A DNA stretch of 64,000 nt from Candidatus Heimdallarchaeota archaeon (GTDB lineage Archaea > Asgardarchaeota > Heimdallarchaeia > Hodarchaeales > Hodarchaeaceae), in assembly GCA_020353515.1 (NCBI GenBank), contig CP070695.1, forward strand, positions 4,753,414 through 4,817,413, read 5' to 3'. The notes below the pieces were generated by a model that was not told where the DNA came from, did no database searches, and saw only the letters and a program-made list of their open reading frames with translations. Positions 55,013 through 64,000 of this stretch are shown piece by piece. A program made the translations under genes and the position numbers. Numbering within the stretch: position 1 is the stretch's first letter; every line of letters begins with the position of its first letter.

Positions 55013-55029
55013 AAAAACCGACGGTTTTT
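55013..55029. promoter_or_regulatory. Perfect palindromic operator candidate upstream of acyl-CoA dehydrogenase-etfBA
   Basis: AAAAACCG-A-CGGTTTTT, 8-bp arms, about 35-50 bp upstream of the ORF start. Confidence 0.55.
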
Positions 55030-55283
55030 TCTGTAGGGTCATCGCAGGAATTATCTTCATAAAATTCTTACGGGGTTAAAAAATAATTATAGTCTGACCG
55101 TTTTTCCACATAAGTATAATTCTTTCTTATAGACATTAGCAGGAAAAATATCAATATTTCTATAGCTACAAGTAAAAAAACCAGTAAAGTAGAGAACTTT
55201 AATATCTTAAAATATCAACATGACCAGATTTAAGGTATAGAGTCATTAGAACTAATAGATGAATCTAAATAAGTAGCTATAAA

Positions 55284-55991
55284 TTATCTCGATCGGATCT
55301 TGTCAGTCAACATTTTTTTTTGACTTGTTTTCCGATTATTTCGAAGTTTTTCCTGAAAAATAGTTGCCCGAATAATTTCTCGTGCAAGAACTTTAAATGC
55401 TTCATCAACGTTGATGTTATCTTTTGCAGATGTTTCCATATAATGAACTTCAAAACCGTACTTCCGCTTCAGGAGTTTGGTTAGTTCTGCTGCATACTCT
55501 TTTCCATAACGAGCTGAAACCTGAGTTGGAAAAGCTGGATTATCACGAAGATCACACTTCGAACCAACGATAAGAAGTGGCATTTTACCATGCCCATTCA
55601 ATGCCCAATAGGACTGGATCCACTCAACAAGGTTCATATAGGATTCTTGATTCGTAATATCAAAAAAACATAATGCACCAATCGCTCCACGATAATAAAG
55701 ATCTCTGACGGCCTTAAATCGTGGCTGTCCAGCAAGATCCCAGATTTGAAATTTAATATCATATGTGGATTTAGTTTCTGGATAATACAAAGATAGTTCC
55801 TGACTTGCAAAATCTGCGCCAATGGTCATCAAATACTCAGTCTTGAATCCTTCCCCTAACCACGATCGTCGTAACGCAGTTTTACCCACGCCTCCATCGC
55901 CAACGAGAACAATTTTAGCACGTAATTTGGCACCTGGCCTTAAGGATGTACTTCGTGATGTTGCACGGCGGGAAGCCCCTCTTTGATTCAT
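55284..55991 (-). CDS. Rab-like small GTPase (Ras superfamily)
   Basis: G1 GDGGVGKT, G2 YLMTIGADF, G3 WDLAGQPRF, YYRGA, G4 SKCD and G5 ETSAK. Confidence 0.95.
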   Translation of the reverse strand: MNQRGASRRATSRSTSLRPGAKLRAKIVLVGDGGVGKTALRRSWLGEGFKTEYLMTIGADFASQELSLYYPETKSTYDIKFQIWDLAGQPRFKAVRDLYYRGAIGALCFFDITNQESYMNLVEWIQSYWALNGHGKMPLLIVGSKCDLRDNPAFPTQVSARYGKEYAAELTKLLKRKYGFEVHYMETSAKDNINVDEAFKVLAREIIRATIFQEKLRNNRKTSQKKMLTDKIRSR

Positions 55992-56292
55992 AATATTTCC
56001 CCTATTCTCTGATGATTCATAAACTTTCTTTTAATCTTTGTTGGTTTAAAGAGAATTCTTTTAATTTCTGAAGGTTTCTTCTAGAGTCCTCTCGAATTCA
56101 GAAGTATCATTCGGAGAGATATATAGTCTGTCCTCTTTGTACTTTTCGTCTCTTTACATACATAGGCCTTTATAAGCTATTCGATATAATAATGCCAACA
56201 ATAAACTTTTATGGTTGAAAAATCACTACTGACCACAAAAAGAGGGAAGAAAAAGCAATTAAAATCATTTATTGAGAGAGGTAGTTATAAGG

Positions 56293-56309
56293 TCATTCAG
56301 AATGAATGA
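56293..56309. promoter_or_regulatory. Palindromic operator candidate between Rab-like GTPase and thiolase
   Basis: TCATTCA-GAA-TGAATGA, the same ATTCA-N3-TGAAT core as at 22101 and 22208. Confidence 0.4.
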
Positions 56310-56568
56310 ACATTAATTTTAAAAAATAATCTAGATTTGTAAAGGCTATTCAAAGATTAAATCGCTACATTTCTCTTTTAAAATTAATAGTTTTAATAAC
56401 ATCGAATTGAATCTTTAAATAGGATTTGAAGAACAATTCTAGTATTATTATCCGTCCTAAAACAGTGATACACTCTTGTACTATTTGTTATTATGATACT
56501 AAATAGTTAATTCTTAGCTACCAAAGAATAAAAGAGTTTTCTCTAGATGACCGATTGAGGTCATTGTA

Positions 56569-57750
56569 ATGAATAGACCAGTTATAACGAGTATGTGTAG
56601 GACTCCAATGGGGCGAATGTTAGGAGCATTCTCTAAAAATTTTTCCGCAGCACAACTAGGGGCAGTTGTGATTAAAGAGGCAGTCAATCGCTCTCAAATT
56701 CACCCTAAAGAGGTGGATCATGTCCTAATGGGGCAAGTAATTTCAGCAGGATGTGCACAAAACACAGCACGGCAAGCAACAATTTATGCTGGATTACCAG
56801 TATCAGTCGGAGCGATCACCATCAACAAAGTATGTGGTTCAGGGATGGCAACAGTCATGTGGGCAGCTCAAATGATTAAAACGGGTGATATGGATATTGT
56901 AATTGCAGGAGGGACAGAAAACATGTCCATGGCTCCTTACTTACTGATGAAAGGACGGCAAGGATATCGATTTGGTAACGATCAATTGATTGATGCAATG
57001 TATCACGATGGCTTATATGACATTTACAATGATATGGCCATGGGAAATACTGGTGATATCATATCAAACCGATTTAATATCAGTCGTGAGGAAATGGATG
57101 AATTTGCTTTTAGATCTCATCAACAAGCTCATCAAGCAAGAGAGGCAGGCAAATTCAAAGAAGAAATTGTTCCTGTCGAAGTTCCTGTGCGGAAAAAAGG
57201 GAGTATTACAATAACTGAAGATGAAGGAATTCGGCCAGATACCACATTAGAAAAATTAGCAAAATTACCACCTGTGTTCAAAAAAGATGGAAAAGTAACT
57301 GCTGGAAACGCATCACAAATATCAGATGGTGCTAGTGCTCTCGTGGTCATGTCGGAAGCTTCTGCAAAAGAGAAGGGTATTCCAATCCTAGCAAAAATCG
57401 GATCTTATGGAACCAATGCAACAAAGCCTGAATGGGTTATGGAAGCTCCAGTCACGGGTGTTGAGCAATTACTTGAAAGAACTGGTCTTACTATAAATGA
57501 TTTTGATTTGATCGAACATAATGAGGCATTCGCTGCCGCGAGCTGTGCAGTGCGAAATAGCTTGAACATTCCTGACGAAAAATTCAATGTTAATGGAGGA
57601 GCGGTCGCTTTAGGACATCCTTTAGGATGTTCAGGGACAAGGATTCTTGTAACACTTTATCATGAGCTCGAAAAACGAAAGGGCCATCGAGGTTTAGCAA
57701 CGATTTGTCTTGGTGGTGGAGAAGCTTTATCAATGGTCATTGAGAGGTAA
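56569..57750 (+). CDS. Acetyl-CoA C-acyltransferase (thiolase)
   Basis: NKVCGSG, TAGNASQISDGA, NEAF, GHPLG.SG and CLGGG motifs. Confidence 0.96.
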   Translation: MNRPVITSMCRTPMGRMLGAFSKNFSAAQLGAVVIKEAVNRSQIHPKEVDHVLMGQVISAGCAQNTARQATIYAGLPVSVGAITINKVCGSGMATVMWAAQMIKTGDMDIVIAGGTENMSMAPYLLMKGRQGYRFGNDQLIDAMYHDGLYDIYNDMAMGNTGDIISNRFNISREEMDEFAFRSHQQAHQAREAGKFKEEIVPVEVPVRKKGSITITEDEGIRPDTTLEKLAKLPPVFKKDGKVTAGNASQISDGASALVVMSEASAKEKGIPILAKIGSYGTNATKPEWVMEAPVTGVEQLLERTGLTINDFDLIEHNEAFAAASCAVRNSLNIPDEKFNVNGGAVALGHPLGCSGTRILVTLYHELEKRKGHRGLATICLGGGEALSMVIER

Positions 57751-57836
57751 GAACGCCCTCACTCAAGAAAATACAAACCTTATAAAAGGAGGAACAACTA
57801 CAAGTACACAAACAAATTTTCCTTGGAGAAAATAGT

Positions 57837-58295
57837 TTGAATATCTCTCAAAAAACAAGCGCTTATAATGCAGCCTTATCCTCCTTACGTTTTGAACTTA
57901 CCAAAACTTATGAAGAAGCCTTTATCTACAAACTTGTGGTTGATTCGCTCTCAAAAATCCCACATTTTTCATGGATTGGTATTTATTTCTTTAACCCAGT
58001 TACCAAGGAATTTTATCTGGGTTACCATTCTGGAAAAGTAGCAAAGATTACCGTTATTAAGTTAGATCAACTCAGTGTTACTAAATTTGAAATTATAAGT
58101 GATATTACTGCTGAACCAAAGTTTTCAGTCTGCCCTGATGTTGCTTCTGAATGTAAATTGCTAATAATGAAACATAATACGACATTAGGACTAATAGTAA
58201 TTGGTTCAGATAATCCAAATACTTTTAATGAGATAGACAGAAAATACCTGTTAGAGATAGCAGAAACAGTGGCAGATAAGGTATATCATCGCTAA
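57837..58295 (+). CDS. Stand-alone GAF-domain protein
   Basis: FSWIGIY, SE..L.I....LG...I.S.....F...D...L GAF pattern. Confidence 0.7.
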   Translation: MNISQKTSAYNAALSSLRFELTKTYEEAFIYKLVVDSLSKIPHFSWIGIYFFNPVTKEFYLGYHSGKVAKITVIKLDQLSVTKFEIISDITAEPKFSVCPDVASECKLLIMKHNTTLGLIVIGSDNPNTFNEIDRKYLLEIAETVADKVYHR

Positions 58296-58428
58296 TTGGC
58301 ATAATAATGATTTAATCTTGAATAATCCAAGAGGATCCAAAATTAGTCGCGCTTCTATTTAATGAAAATATTAATGCACGAAATTTAGAAGGCGTTATAT
58401 GTTGCTCAATATTTAGAAATCCAGATAA

Positions 58429-59514
58429 TCAAGCTAAAAGCATTTCACCTACTTCACAAAAGCCTAAAGAAGAAAAAAGCCTTAATGAAGGCATATTCAT
58501 CTCATAAATATCAGCATGGATCATATCCACACCCCTATCCATCAAATATCTCAGCGATTTTTGAATAAGGGCTAGGGCAATTTTTCTTCCCCTACAAGAG
58601 GGATGCACGCCAATTCCAGCAATGACTCCGATGTTTGTGTCGACCTGTTTTTCAATAGTAACAGTACAATAGCCGATGGGTTTATAGTATTCGATAGCAA
58701 TAAATGTGCCGTGTTTGAAATATCTTTGCGCATCTTCTATTGATAGAGGGATAAATGTATCAGGAGAGGTAGCTAGCACCATATTAAATAGTCGAACGAA
58801 CTGACGGACTTTTCTATTATGAGATACGTCTAGTTCCTCAATAAAAAGGGACTCAAGTTCAGAGACTTTTTGCAGAGCTTCCATTCGTTCATTGAGATAA
58901 TAGTTTACTGTGGTTATCGGAGCTTCAACAATAACATATCTATTTTTAAGAGATTGAACTTGGTAAGGGAGAAATAGATGATGGAATCCAGTAAGGTTGA
59001 CAAGATTGAGTTCATCTTCAGAAACCCCTAAAGTAACTGATCGTTCATGAAATTGACAAAGACATTCAACAGGGATGACAAAGTAATTTGGGAATCGAAT
59101 CTCAGTTCTTAGAGACCCCTCCTTTCTAACTAGGAAATCCACCCGAAGACCAGGATAATAAGCAATATTTGCTATTCGTCCTAATTCCGATCCCGAAATG
59201 TCATAAACAATCATTTTTTTTACATCTGAGAAACAATAACACTTATCGAAAGAAAAAACCTCTTTTTGAGAACAGGCTTCGTTTATCCGATCTTTCGTCT
59301 GTGAAACTGTAATTTCCTTTTTTGTTGAATCATCATTATTAATGAAAGAAATTGGAATAGCCCATTTTTTTCTCCCCACGATAATATATTCAATCTTATG
59401 AGAAAGTAAGTTGATTAATAAATCACGAATTCTCCCCATTTTTTTTGAATGCCGATCACGAACTTCATAGTCCAAAATTTCTGACGCTAAGTAACCTTTT
59501 TTGGATTTTAGCAC
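58429..59514 (-). CDS. Tandem PRC-barrel + GNAT acetyltransferase fusion
   Basis: ASEILDYEVRD...KMGRIRDLLI and VYDISGSELGRI.NI (PRC barrels); IGVHPSCRGRKIA and N.PSLRLF..LGF (GNAT). Confidence 0.75.
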   Translation of the reverse strand: MLKSKKGYLASEILDYEVRDRHSKKMGRIRDLLINLLSHKIEYIIVGRKKWAIPISFINNDDSTKKEITVSQTKDRINEACSQKEVFSFDKCYCFSDVKKMIVYDISGSELGRIANIAYYPGLRVDFLVRKEGSLRTEIRFPNYFVIPVECLCQFHERSVTLGVSEDELNLVNLTGFHHLFLPYQVQSLKNRYVIVEAPITTVNYYLNERMEALQKVSELESLFIEELDVSHNRKVRQFVRLFNMVLATSPDTFIPLSIEDAQRYFKHGTFIAIEYYKPIGYCTVTIEKQVDTNIGVIAGIGVHPSCRGRKIALALIQKSLRYLMDRGVDMIHADIYEMNMPSLRLFSSLGFCEVGEMLLA

Positions 59515-59917
59515 TAGCTCACATCTACTACTGAAGGTTCAATCACAATACCTTTGGGTAGAGGATTTCCCCTTTTAAATTTTTTATGAGTGACCCTTAT
59601 CTGTTGACCCATGCTTTAACTAACTGTTGGACTCTTTTATTACGAGAGGTACGATACGTAAAAGGTAAATCAATCGATTTTTGAATGTAGAAACTACTCA
59701 AGGGAACTAAAACAACGATTATCTCACACATGACTATTTTTGAGGGCTTATTAAGTAGAAGTAACTATATTCACAATTATATGCCTTTAATGGCAATTTG
59801 CCGCAAAAGGCGCCTTTTTAAATCACTTGAGTAATTCTTTTACATAATCTTGTAAATTGTAAGTTTCTTCCACTTTTATGTAAAAGGAATTAGAATTCTA
59901 TAGAAGGTAGCTTTCCC

Positions 59918-60961
59918 ATGTCTCAACAGAAAATGATCGAAGTAAACGATCTGGTTAAAATATATCATTCCAAAAGAAGAACAGGATTATTTCGTAGCCA
60001 AAAAAATGAAGTAGAGGCTTTAAGGGGTGTTTCGTTCTTTGTTAATCAGGGGGAAATATTTGGATTGCTTGGCCCTAATGGGGCTGGAAAGACTACATTA
60101 ATTAAAATTCTCACAACTTTACTTTTACCAACCTCTGGTACGGCAAAAGTTAACGAATTTACTCTAGATCAAGATAAGCAGGTTAAAGCGTCTATTGGAG
60201 CAATGTTGATGGGTGAGAGAGGACTTTATTGGAAACTAACAGGACGAGAGAATCTTGAATACTTTGGTGCTCTCTATCATGTCCCAAAAAAAGTTCGGCG
60301 AGAACGAATAGACAATTTAATAGATTTATTAGAACTTGAAAAGATAGCAGATAGAACAGTAGAGACTTATTCATCAGGACAGAAGATGAAAATGGTGTTT
60401 GCACGAGCATTGATTAATAATGCTCCCATTTTAATGTTAGACGAACCTACAAATACTCTAGATGTTAAAGAAGCGAGACGCCTCAGAAAAATCGTGAAAG
60501 AACACAATGAGAGTGAAAATAAGACAATAATTTACTGTACCCATCAAATGTACGAGGCTGAAGAACTCTGTCATCGGGTAGCAATTATTGATCATGGACG
60601 AATTATAGCTCTTGACGATCCTGAAGAACTCAAAGATGGATTAGAACAATCTGATATTCTCAGTATTGAAGGTACTATCCCTGAAGAGGCTAGATTCGCT
60701 GTTAATTCCCTTCCTGGAGTTACATCAGCCAATATACTTGTAAAACGGTCAAATAATGGTTCTACAGAGGAAAAACCTTATCTTAGCGTTGTCTGCGAAG
60801 ATAGTCGTCAGATCCTTCCTGATCTTATTTCAACTCTAAATATTAAGGGCGCCATCATCCGAAATATTGACAAGCAAGAAACAACCTTAGAAGATGTTTT
60901 TGTTAATATCACAGGCCGTTCACTTATGGATGACACTCGTCAGAGTGAGACTTCAAACTAA
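59918..60961 (+). CDS. ABC-2 type exporter ATP-binding subunit
   Basis: GPNGAGKTT, YSSGQ, LDEPT, H-loop and C-terminal TLEDVF. Confidence 0.95.
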   Translation: MSQQKMIEVNDLVKIYHSKRRTGLFRSQKNEVEALRGVSFFVNQGEIFGLLGPNGAGKTTLIKILTTLLLPTSGTAKVNEFTLDQDKQVKASIGAMLMGERGLYWKLTGRENLEYFGALYHVPKKVRRERIDNLIDLLELEKIADRTVETYSSGQKMKMVFARALINNAPILMLDEPTNTLDVKEARRLRKIVKEHNESENKTIIYCTHQMYEAEELCHRVAIIDHGRIIALDDPEELKDGLEQSDILSIEGTIPEEARFAVNSLPGVTSANILVKRSNNGSTEEKPYLSVVCEDSRQILPDLISTLNIKGAIIRNIDKQETTLEDVFVNITGRSLMDDTRQSETSN

Positions 60962-60977
60962 TGGATGAGGGCCAGAG

Positions 60978-61844
60978 ATGATATTACGCTCAGCTAAAGT
61001 GTCATTAACCGATCATCTAGGGGTACTAGTGGGAACATTCATTGTTCGAGTAAAAGTAATTTCACGATACAAAGGCTCATTACTTATGGATATTCTTATG
61101 CCCTTGTTTTTGGCTGCTATGCCTATCTTATTAGGCCAAGCAATGGCTGGTTCGACCGCTGCTGCATCAGCAAACTTTCAACACAGCACTGGCTTAACTG
61201 AAGCGAATTATATTGCATATATGATAATCGGAGCAAATGTCTTTTCATCAATAATGACTTCTTTCTGGCTCTTTGGTCTTTTTATACGGCGTGAACAGAC
61301 ACTGGGAACTCTAGAATCTCTTTTCATGTCTCCTGCTCATAAACTTTCCATTTTAGCAGGTTTAACTCTCTATGTAGAAGCAAGATCACTCTTTACCTTT
61401 GTATTAGGATATTCATTAGGTTGTATCGTATTTGGGGTCAATCCACTTCAAGGTCAAGTACTCCTTGCACTATTTATTCTCCTCCTTGGTTTGATTCCAA
61501 TCAACGGCTTATCTTTTCTTCTTGGTGCGTTAGTATTGAAAGTCAAACAAGCCAATACCATTTTCAATACTTTTCAATGGCCATTAGCAATAATCTCGGG
61601 GATTTTCTTTCCTATTACTGTTCTACCCGTATTTTTACAGATTTTTGCTTTTATGTTTCCAGGCTTTTATGTGACTCACGACATCCAGGCGGCTCTAACT
61701 GGATTAAAGTGGCTTTTTGGTAATATGTTTCTTGATTTAGGTGTTCTTTTCGCTTTCACTCTCATATGTCCCCTCATTGGATATTGGATATTCGCAAAGA
61801 CGGAAGCAAGGAGTAAGAGAGCAGAAGGAATAGGACAATTTTAA
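60978..61844 (+). CDS. ABC-2 type permease
   Basis: REQ..GTLESL and SG.FFP...LP motifs; six TMs. Confidence 0.9.
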   Translation: MILRSAKVSLTDHLGVLVGTFIVRVKVISRYKGSLLMDILMPLFLAAMPILLGQAMAGSTAAASANFQHSTGLTEANYIAYMIIGANVFSSIMTSFWLFGLFIRREQTLGTLESLFMSPAHKLSILAGLTLYVEARSLFTFVLGYSLGCIVFGVNPLQGQVLLALFILLLGLIPINGLSFLLGALVLKVKQANTIFNTFQWPLAIISGIFFPITVLPVFLQIFAFMFPGFYVTHDIQAALTGLKWLFGNMFLDLGVLFAFTLICPLIGYWIFAKTEARSKRAEGIGQF

Positions 61845-61855
61845 GAGGAATAATC

Positions 61856-62695
61856 ATGGCTATAATCTCTCTCAATAAACAACAGGTACATGGTTTCCAG
61901 ATGTGGTGGAATCAATTCTGGTCAATGACAAAAAAGGAATTTACTGTCTTAACCCGATATAAATTATCCTTTATCCTTAGTTTTTTTCAAATTTTCTTTA
62001 TTATGTTTATTTTTACAGTGGCAGCATTAGTTTTAACTCCTCCAGAAAAAACTTCTTATGGTGTTGGGATTATGTTCTATTCCTTCATTCTTTTCATGTT
62101 TCTTTCGACAGCGCTCTGGGATATAGGTAACTCATTACGAGAGGAACAATATCAAGGAACTTTAGAATCCCTATTCATGACACCAATCAGTTACTTCTCT
62201 ACTTTGGTGTCTAGGATCTTTGCTAACCTTGTATGGACAGGCCTTAATGTAATAGTTACTTTTTTCTTTATGTCATTAGTTTTTGGCAGACTCCCCCTTG
62301 CAAATTTGGGTCTAGGCCTTGTTATTTTGTTTTTTAGTCTTTTTGTATGCTTTGGTTTCTCATTTGGATTTGCTGGACTCGCTTTAAAGTACAAGGAATC
62401 CATGAACACCTTCACCAATTTCCTCCAGTTTCTTTTAATGATCATTTGTGCAATGTTCTTCCCATTTTCTGCCCTTCCAGAATTCATTCAAATTATCTCT
62501 CGATTAATTCCTTTATCCTACTGTGTGGACTTATTTCGTACTGTCATGATTGGAGAAGCACCTGAATTATTACCCTTTGAGCTTGAATTCATGATTGTAG
62601 TAATTTCAGGAATTATACTCCCCCTTCTTGGTATCTGGTACTTCCGACGTACAGTTCAAGCAGCACGACGAGAAGGTAATTTGGCTGAATATTAG
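61856..62695 (+). CDS. ABC-2 type permease
   Basis: EEQYQGTLESL and FFP...LP...P.SY.VD..R motifs. Confidence 0.9.
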   Translation: MAIISLNKQQVHGFQMWWNQFWSMTKKEFTVLTRYKLSFILSFFQIFFIMFIFTVAALVLTPPEKTSYGVGIMFYSFILFMFLSTALWDIGNSLREEQYQGTLESLFMTPISYFSTLVSRIFANLVWTGLNVIVTFFFMSLVFGRLPLANLGLGLVILFFSLFVCFGFSFGFAGLALKYKESMNTFTNFLQFLLMIICAMFFPFSALPEFIQIISRLIPLSYCVDLFRTVMIGEAPELLPFELEFMIVVISGIILPLLGIWYFRRTVQAARREGNLAEY

Positions 62696-62720
62696 AAACT
62701 ATTAGTAGAGAATGAATTCT

Positions 62721-63179
62721 TTAATTAGGTTTCTTCTTCAGTCTCGAGAATAATGATTCCCGTTTTACAAAAATCAAAACGATAAAACCAGAGACGAAAC
62801 CTATCACAAATATAGGTAGATTATATTGTGTCAATTTTAGATAATAGAACACCAAAATTATGGGTGAGCTCGGATCAAATTCAAATCCTACGAATTCACC
62901 TGCTAACATCCATCCAAATGTATAGAGAATCATTGGAAAAATAGGCCATAAAATTGACAGAAATAAAGCCTCTACTATACTACCGCTCTCTATATTATAT
63001 GAACCCACAAAGAAAGTTCCTTCCCTAGTTATTGATTCTTGAATGCTCCAATTTGATACAGATGGAAAAACAGAGATTAGAACGTAGATAAATCCTAGGA
63101 AATACCAGATTACAAGCCAAATCGGATAGTATTGTACAAAATTTTGATGTTTTGATCGAATTTTGTGTCTCTCACTCAA
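62721..63179 (-). CDS. Hypothetical membrane protein
   Basis: 152 aa with three hydrophobic segments. Confidence 0.6.
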   Translation of the reverse strand: MSERHKIRSKHQNFVQYYPIWLVIWYFLGFIYVLISVFPSVSNWSIQESITREGTFFVGSYNIESGSIVEALFLSILWPIFPMILYTFGWMLAGEFVGFEFDPSSPIILVFYYLKLTQYNLPIFVIGFVSGFIVLIFVKRESLFSRLKKKPN

Positions 63180-63260
63180 TTCTAATCCCCTCTGCTAAAT
63201 TATGATCTATTCCTGTTTAACCTATTTTTTATCTCTATTCATTTCTCTATCCCCCAAAAT

Positions 63261-64000
63261 TCATGGAATTAATCGTTTAAGCTGACGTACTACACCAGCT
63301 TTGAAGTAATACCAAAAAATTCTCCGTCTATACTTATTCTTGGCAAATATACCACTGAATCGTCTAGACCAACTATCATATACATGTCGATAGGCTCTAT
63401 ATAACTCTTCTTGCAATTCTACGGCACTTAAATATTTCATATCACAAACTGCGTGAATCATATCGTAATTAGTCCAATTTTCATTAATTATACGCCCTTT
63501 TCTATTAAGATCTTCATACATAGGTGTTCCAGGGTAAGGAGTCAATAGCATTGTTATGATAAAATCTGGTTTAACAACATCAGTAGCCCATTCCATGGCT
63601 TGACGGATAGAATCTCGTGTCTCATTTTCATGTCCTAGTATAATCATTAATTGTGCAAGAATGTTGTTATTTCTCAATAATTTAATTGCGTCTACAGTTT
63701 GGGCTCCTCTAATACCTTTTTGATAAGAATTTAAGACATCAGTAAATGGTGATTCTCCACCCACAAGTTGCCAATAGTTTCCAGCACGATTCATAGTCTT
63801 CAATCCATCACCCACTTTCAGAATGCTATCTACGCGCATCTGAGCAAACCATTCGATTTCATCCCCTTTTAATCCACGAGAAAGCATCTCTTGACACAGT
63901 TCTTCTATTAATTTAGGCCGTCCTCCGCAGAAGTTATCATCTGTGAACCAAAAAAACCGACTACCAAATGTATTATACATCCATTCCATTTCATCAGCAA
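63261..64000 (-). CDS. B12-binding-type radical SAM protein, C-terminal part (5' end outside window)
   Basis: F.DDNF, R.D, G.ES, ILG..ET and TPYPGT motifs of class B radical SAM enzymes. Confidence 0.85.
   Translation of the reverse strand, partial: ADEMEWMYNTFGSRFFWFTDDNFCGGRPKLIEELCQEMLSRGLKGDEIEWFAQMRVDSILKVGDGLKTMNRAGNYWQLVGGESPFTDVLNSYQKGIRGAQTVDAIKLLRNNNILAQLMIILGHENETRDSIRQAMEWATDVVKPDFIITMLLTPYPGTPMYEDLNRKGRIINENWTNYDMIHAVCDMKYLSAVELQEELYRAYRHVYDSWSRRFSGIFAKNKYRRRIFWYYFKAGVVRQLKRLIP

Noticed and set aside
55992-56568. Long intergenic region with a short minus-strand ORF (MYVKRRKVQRGQTIYLSE) upstream of the Rab-like gene
   Set aside because: 18 codons with no supporting evidence; compatible with chance.
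57837-58295. Free methionine-R-sulfoxide reductase (MsrC)
   Set aside because: GAF fold is plausible, but the GxGVCG segment with its Cys is missing, so only a generic GAF call is made.
97-62565. Numerous 60-160 aa ORFs antisense to or nested in long genes (e.g. 2272-2757, 14831-15157, 48485-48814, 51118-51450)
   Set aside because: Shadow ORFs of well-supported genes, with no motifs or independent signals.

Overview
Gene-dense, AT-rich archaeal chromosomal segment, almost certainly from an Asgard archaeon (Heimdallarchaeia/Hodarchaeales-like by inference). It encodes a profilin, a Rab-like small GTPase, a roadblock-like protein and two TPR-longin-like paralogs, alongside archaeal lipid genes (DGGGP synthase, ino1) and A/V-ATPase I/C/K. 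Core metabolism includes PEP synthase, enolase, 2-oxoacid:ferredoxin oxidoreductase, formate dehydrogenase with mobA/fdhD, a xanthine-dehydrogenase-family Mo enzyme, ETF/acyl-CoA dehydrogenase/thiolase and an ABC-2 exporter. The most striking candidate for an undescribed system is a translationally coupled three-gene operon (10377->6789). It comprises a signal-peptide/single-pass membrane protein whose cytoplasmic end is GGGG-CACACAGCACACA-GGGR, a PqqD(RRE)-radical SAM-SPASM maturase and a class I methyltransferase, i.e. a RiPP-like modification machine apparently aimed at a membrane-anchored protein tail. Other notable items: a BpsA-SAM decarboxylase fusion, a stand-alone PEP-mobile domain lacking its phospho-His, an FKBP-TM-8Cys finger protein, a conserved unknown C-terminal domain on FdhF, two deletion scars (fdhC/fdhF and a histidine kinase), a GG-capped ubiquitin-like protein, a degenerate NuoD/NuoI-like pair, a PRC-PRC-GNAT fusion and palindromic operators. 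No rRNA, tRNA, CRISPR array or transposase was recognised. All calls come from motif recognition by eye; no database searches were run.
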